A DNA stretch of 27,762 bases from a virus (Duplodnaviria; Caudoviricetes), in IMG/VR virus record IMGVR_UViG_3300037524_001804, positions 1-27,762 of that record; one strand, given 5' to 3'. Below, piece after piece: positions 27,169 to 27,762 of this stretch; the first letter of the stretch is position 1, and the number at the start of each line of letters is the position of its first letter. Both the position numbers and the translations under genes were made by a program. The notes below the pieces were generated by a model. The model did not search any database. It was not told where the DNA came from and saw only the letters and a list, made by a program, of their open reading frames with translations.

Positions 27169-27459
27169 ATGGAGACAATCAAGAACATTCACCCGGGCGA
27201 AGTGCTGCGCGAGGAATTTCTGCTGCCGATGGGGATCAGCCAGTACCGGCTGGCCAAACAGATCGGTGTGCCACCCGTTCGCATCAGTGAGATCTGCGCG
27301 GGTAAGCGCGGCATTACCGCCGATACCGCTCTGCGCTTGGCACGGGCCTTCGGCACCTCGTCGGGGTTCTGGCTGTCGCTGCAAGCCGAGTACGACACCG
27401 AAGAAGTGTTGCGCACCCGCGGTGATGACATCGCGCATATTCAGCCTCTCGCCGCCTGA
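27169..27459 (+). CDS. higA: HigA antitoxin (HTH)
   Basis: HPGEVLREEFL, GKRGITADTALRLARAFGTS..FWLSLQ; toxin-first gene order. Confidence 0.93.
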   Translation: METIKNIHPGEVLREEFLLPMGISQYRLAKQIGVPPVRISEICAGKRGITADTALRLARAFGTSSGFWLSLQAEYDTEEVLRTRGDDIAHIQPLAA

Positions 27460-27554
27460 AGATCAGAGGATTGCGATAGCGTCTCGCAGGTCGCCGTTCG
27501 ACCTGTGAACAGCTCCCACCGCTTCACGATCACATCGACATACTTCGGATCGAG
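27441..27554 (-). pseudogene. C-terminal remnant of a phage DNA methyltransferase
   Basis: LDPKYVDVIVKRWELFTGRTA matches the C-terminus of prophage ParB-N6/N4 MTases; the upstream frame lacks the DPFxGSG motif. Confidence 0.65.
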
Positions 27555-27762
27555 CACGCGACCTCCTGACTCGATACGCTCAATAAGATCGTTCCGCGAG
27601 CGCCGGCCGCACGCGACCACGTTGGGCCGGCGCGTCTCGCCCAGAAGTCGGTGGTGGGCCGGATGGTCGACCAGTGGCAAGAGGGTGTTGGACGGAGCCG
27701 CTACGCGGAGAAAGCGGGGACCTGGACCCATAGAATGTAACCTCACGCCTCCGCAAGGGGGA

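Larger units (their letters stand above)
11495..27554 (-). mobile_element. defective lambda-like cos-type prophage segment (head/packaging module, no tail module)
   Basis: Order cos-terS-terL-gpW-portal-S49-gpD-gpE with several lesions. The element probably extends to the att site at about 300 and beyond the right edge. Confidence 0.85.

Noticed and set aside
25111-27438. 775-aa minus-strand ORF
   Set aside because: Antisense shadow of seven recognisable plus-strand genes; no motifs.
1-27762. CRISPR array, IS element or integron integrase
   Set aside because: No regularly spaced identical repeats, transposase or IntI-like ORF was seen in the window.

Overview
GC-rich, probably proteobacterial, window that is almost entirely a decaying lambda-like (cos-type) prophage or integrative element carrying defence cargo. 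Left end: a 5' half tRNA-Arg(CCT) flanked by IHF-like sites and GTGAC repeats, read as an att junction. Then, on the minus strand: an uncharacterised three-gene cassette ending in an MBL-fold hydrolase, and a type I R-M operon (hsdM with an in-frame amber codon, an AbiF/Abi_2 HEPN gene with its own promoter and a structured 5' RNA, hsdS, hsdR). Next is a 1013-aa apparent fusion protein and a lambda-like head module (cos site, terS, terL, HTH protein, gpW, frameshifted portal, S49 protease with nested scaffold, gpD, gpE) with no recognisable tail genes. An integron-type cassette array (four genes, three complete attC sites and one truncated, no intI in the window) lies between the portal and protease genes. 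Right end: small plus-strand genes (DUF6900, DUF3489), a higBA module and a DNA-methylase remnant. Family calls come from motif recognition by eye; no searches were run.
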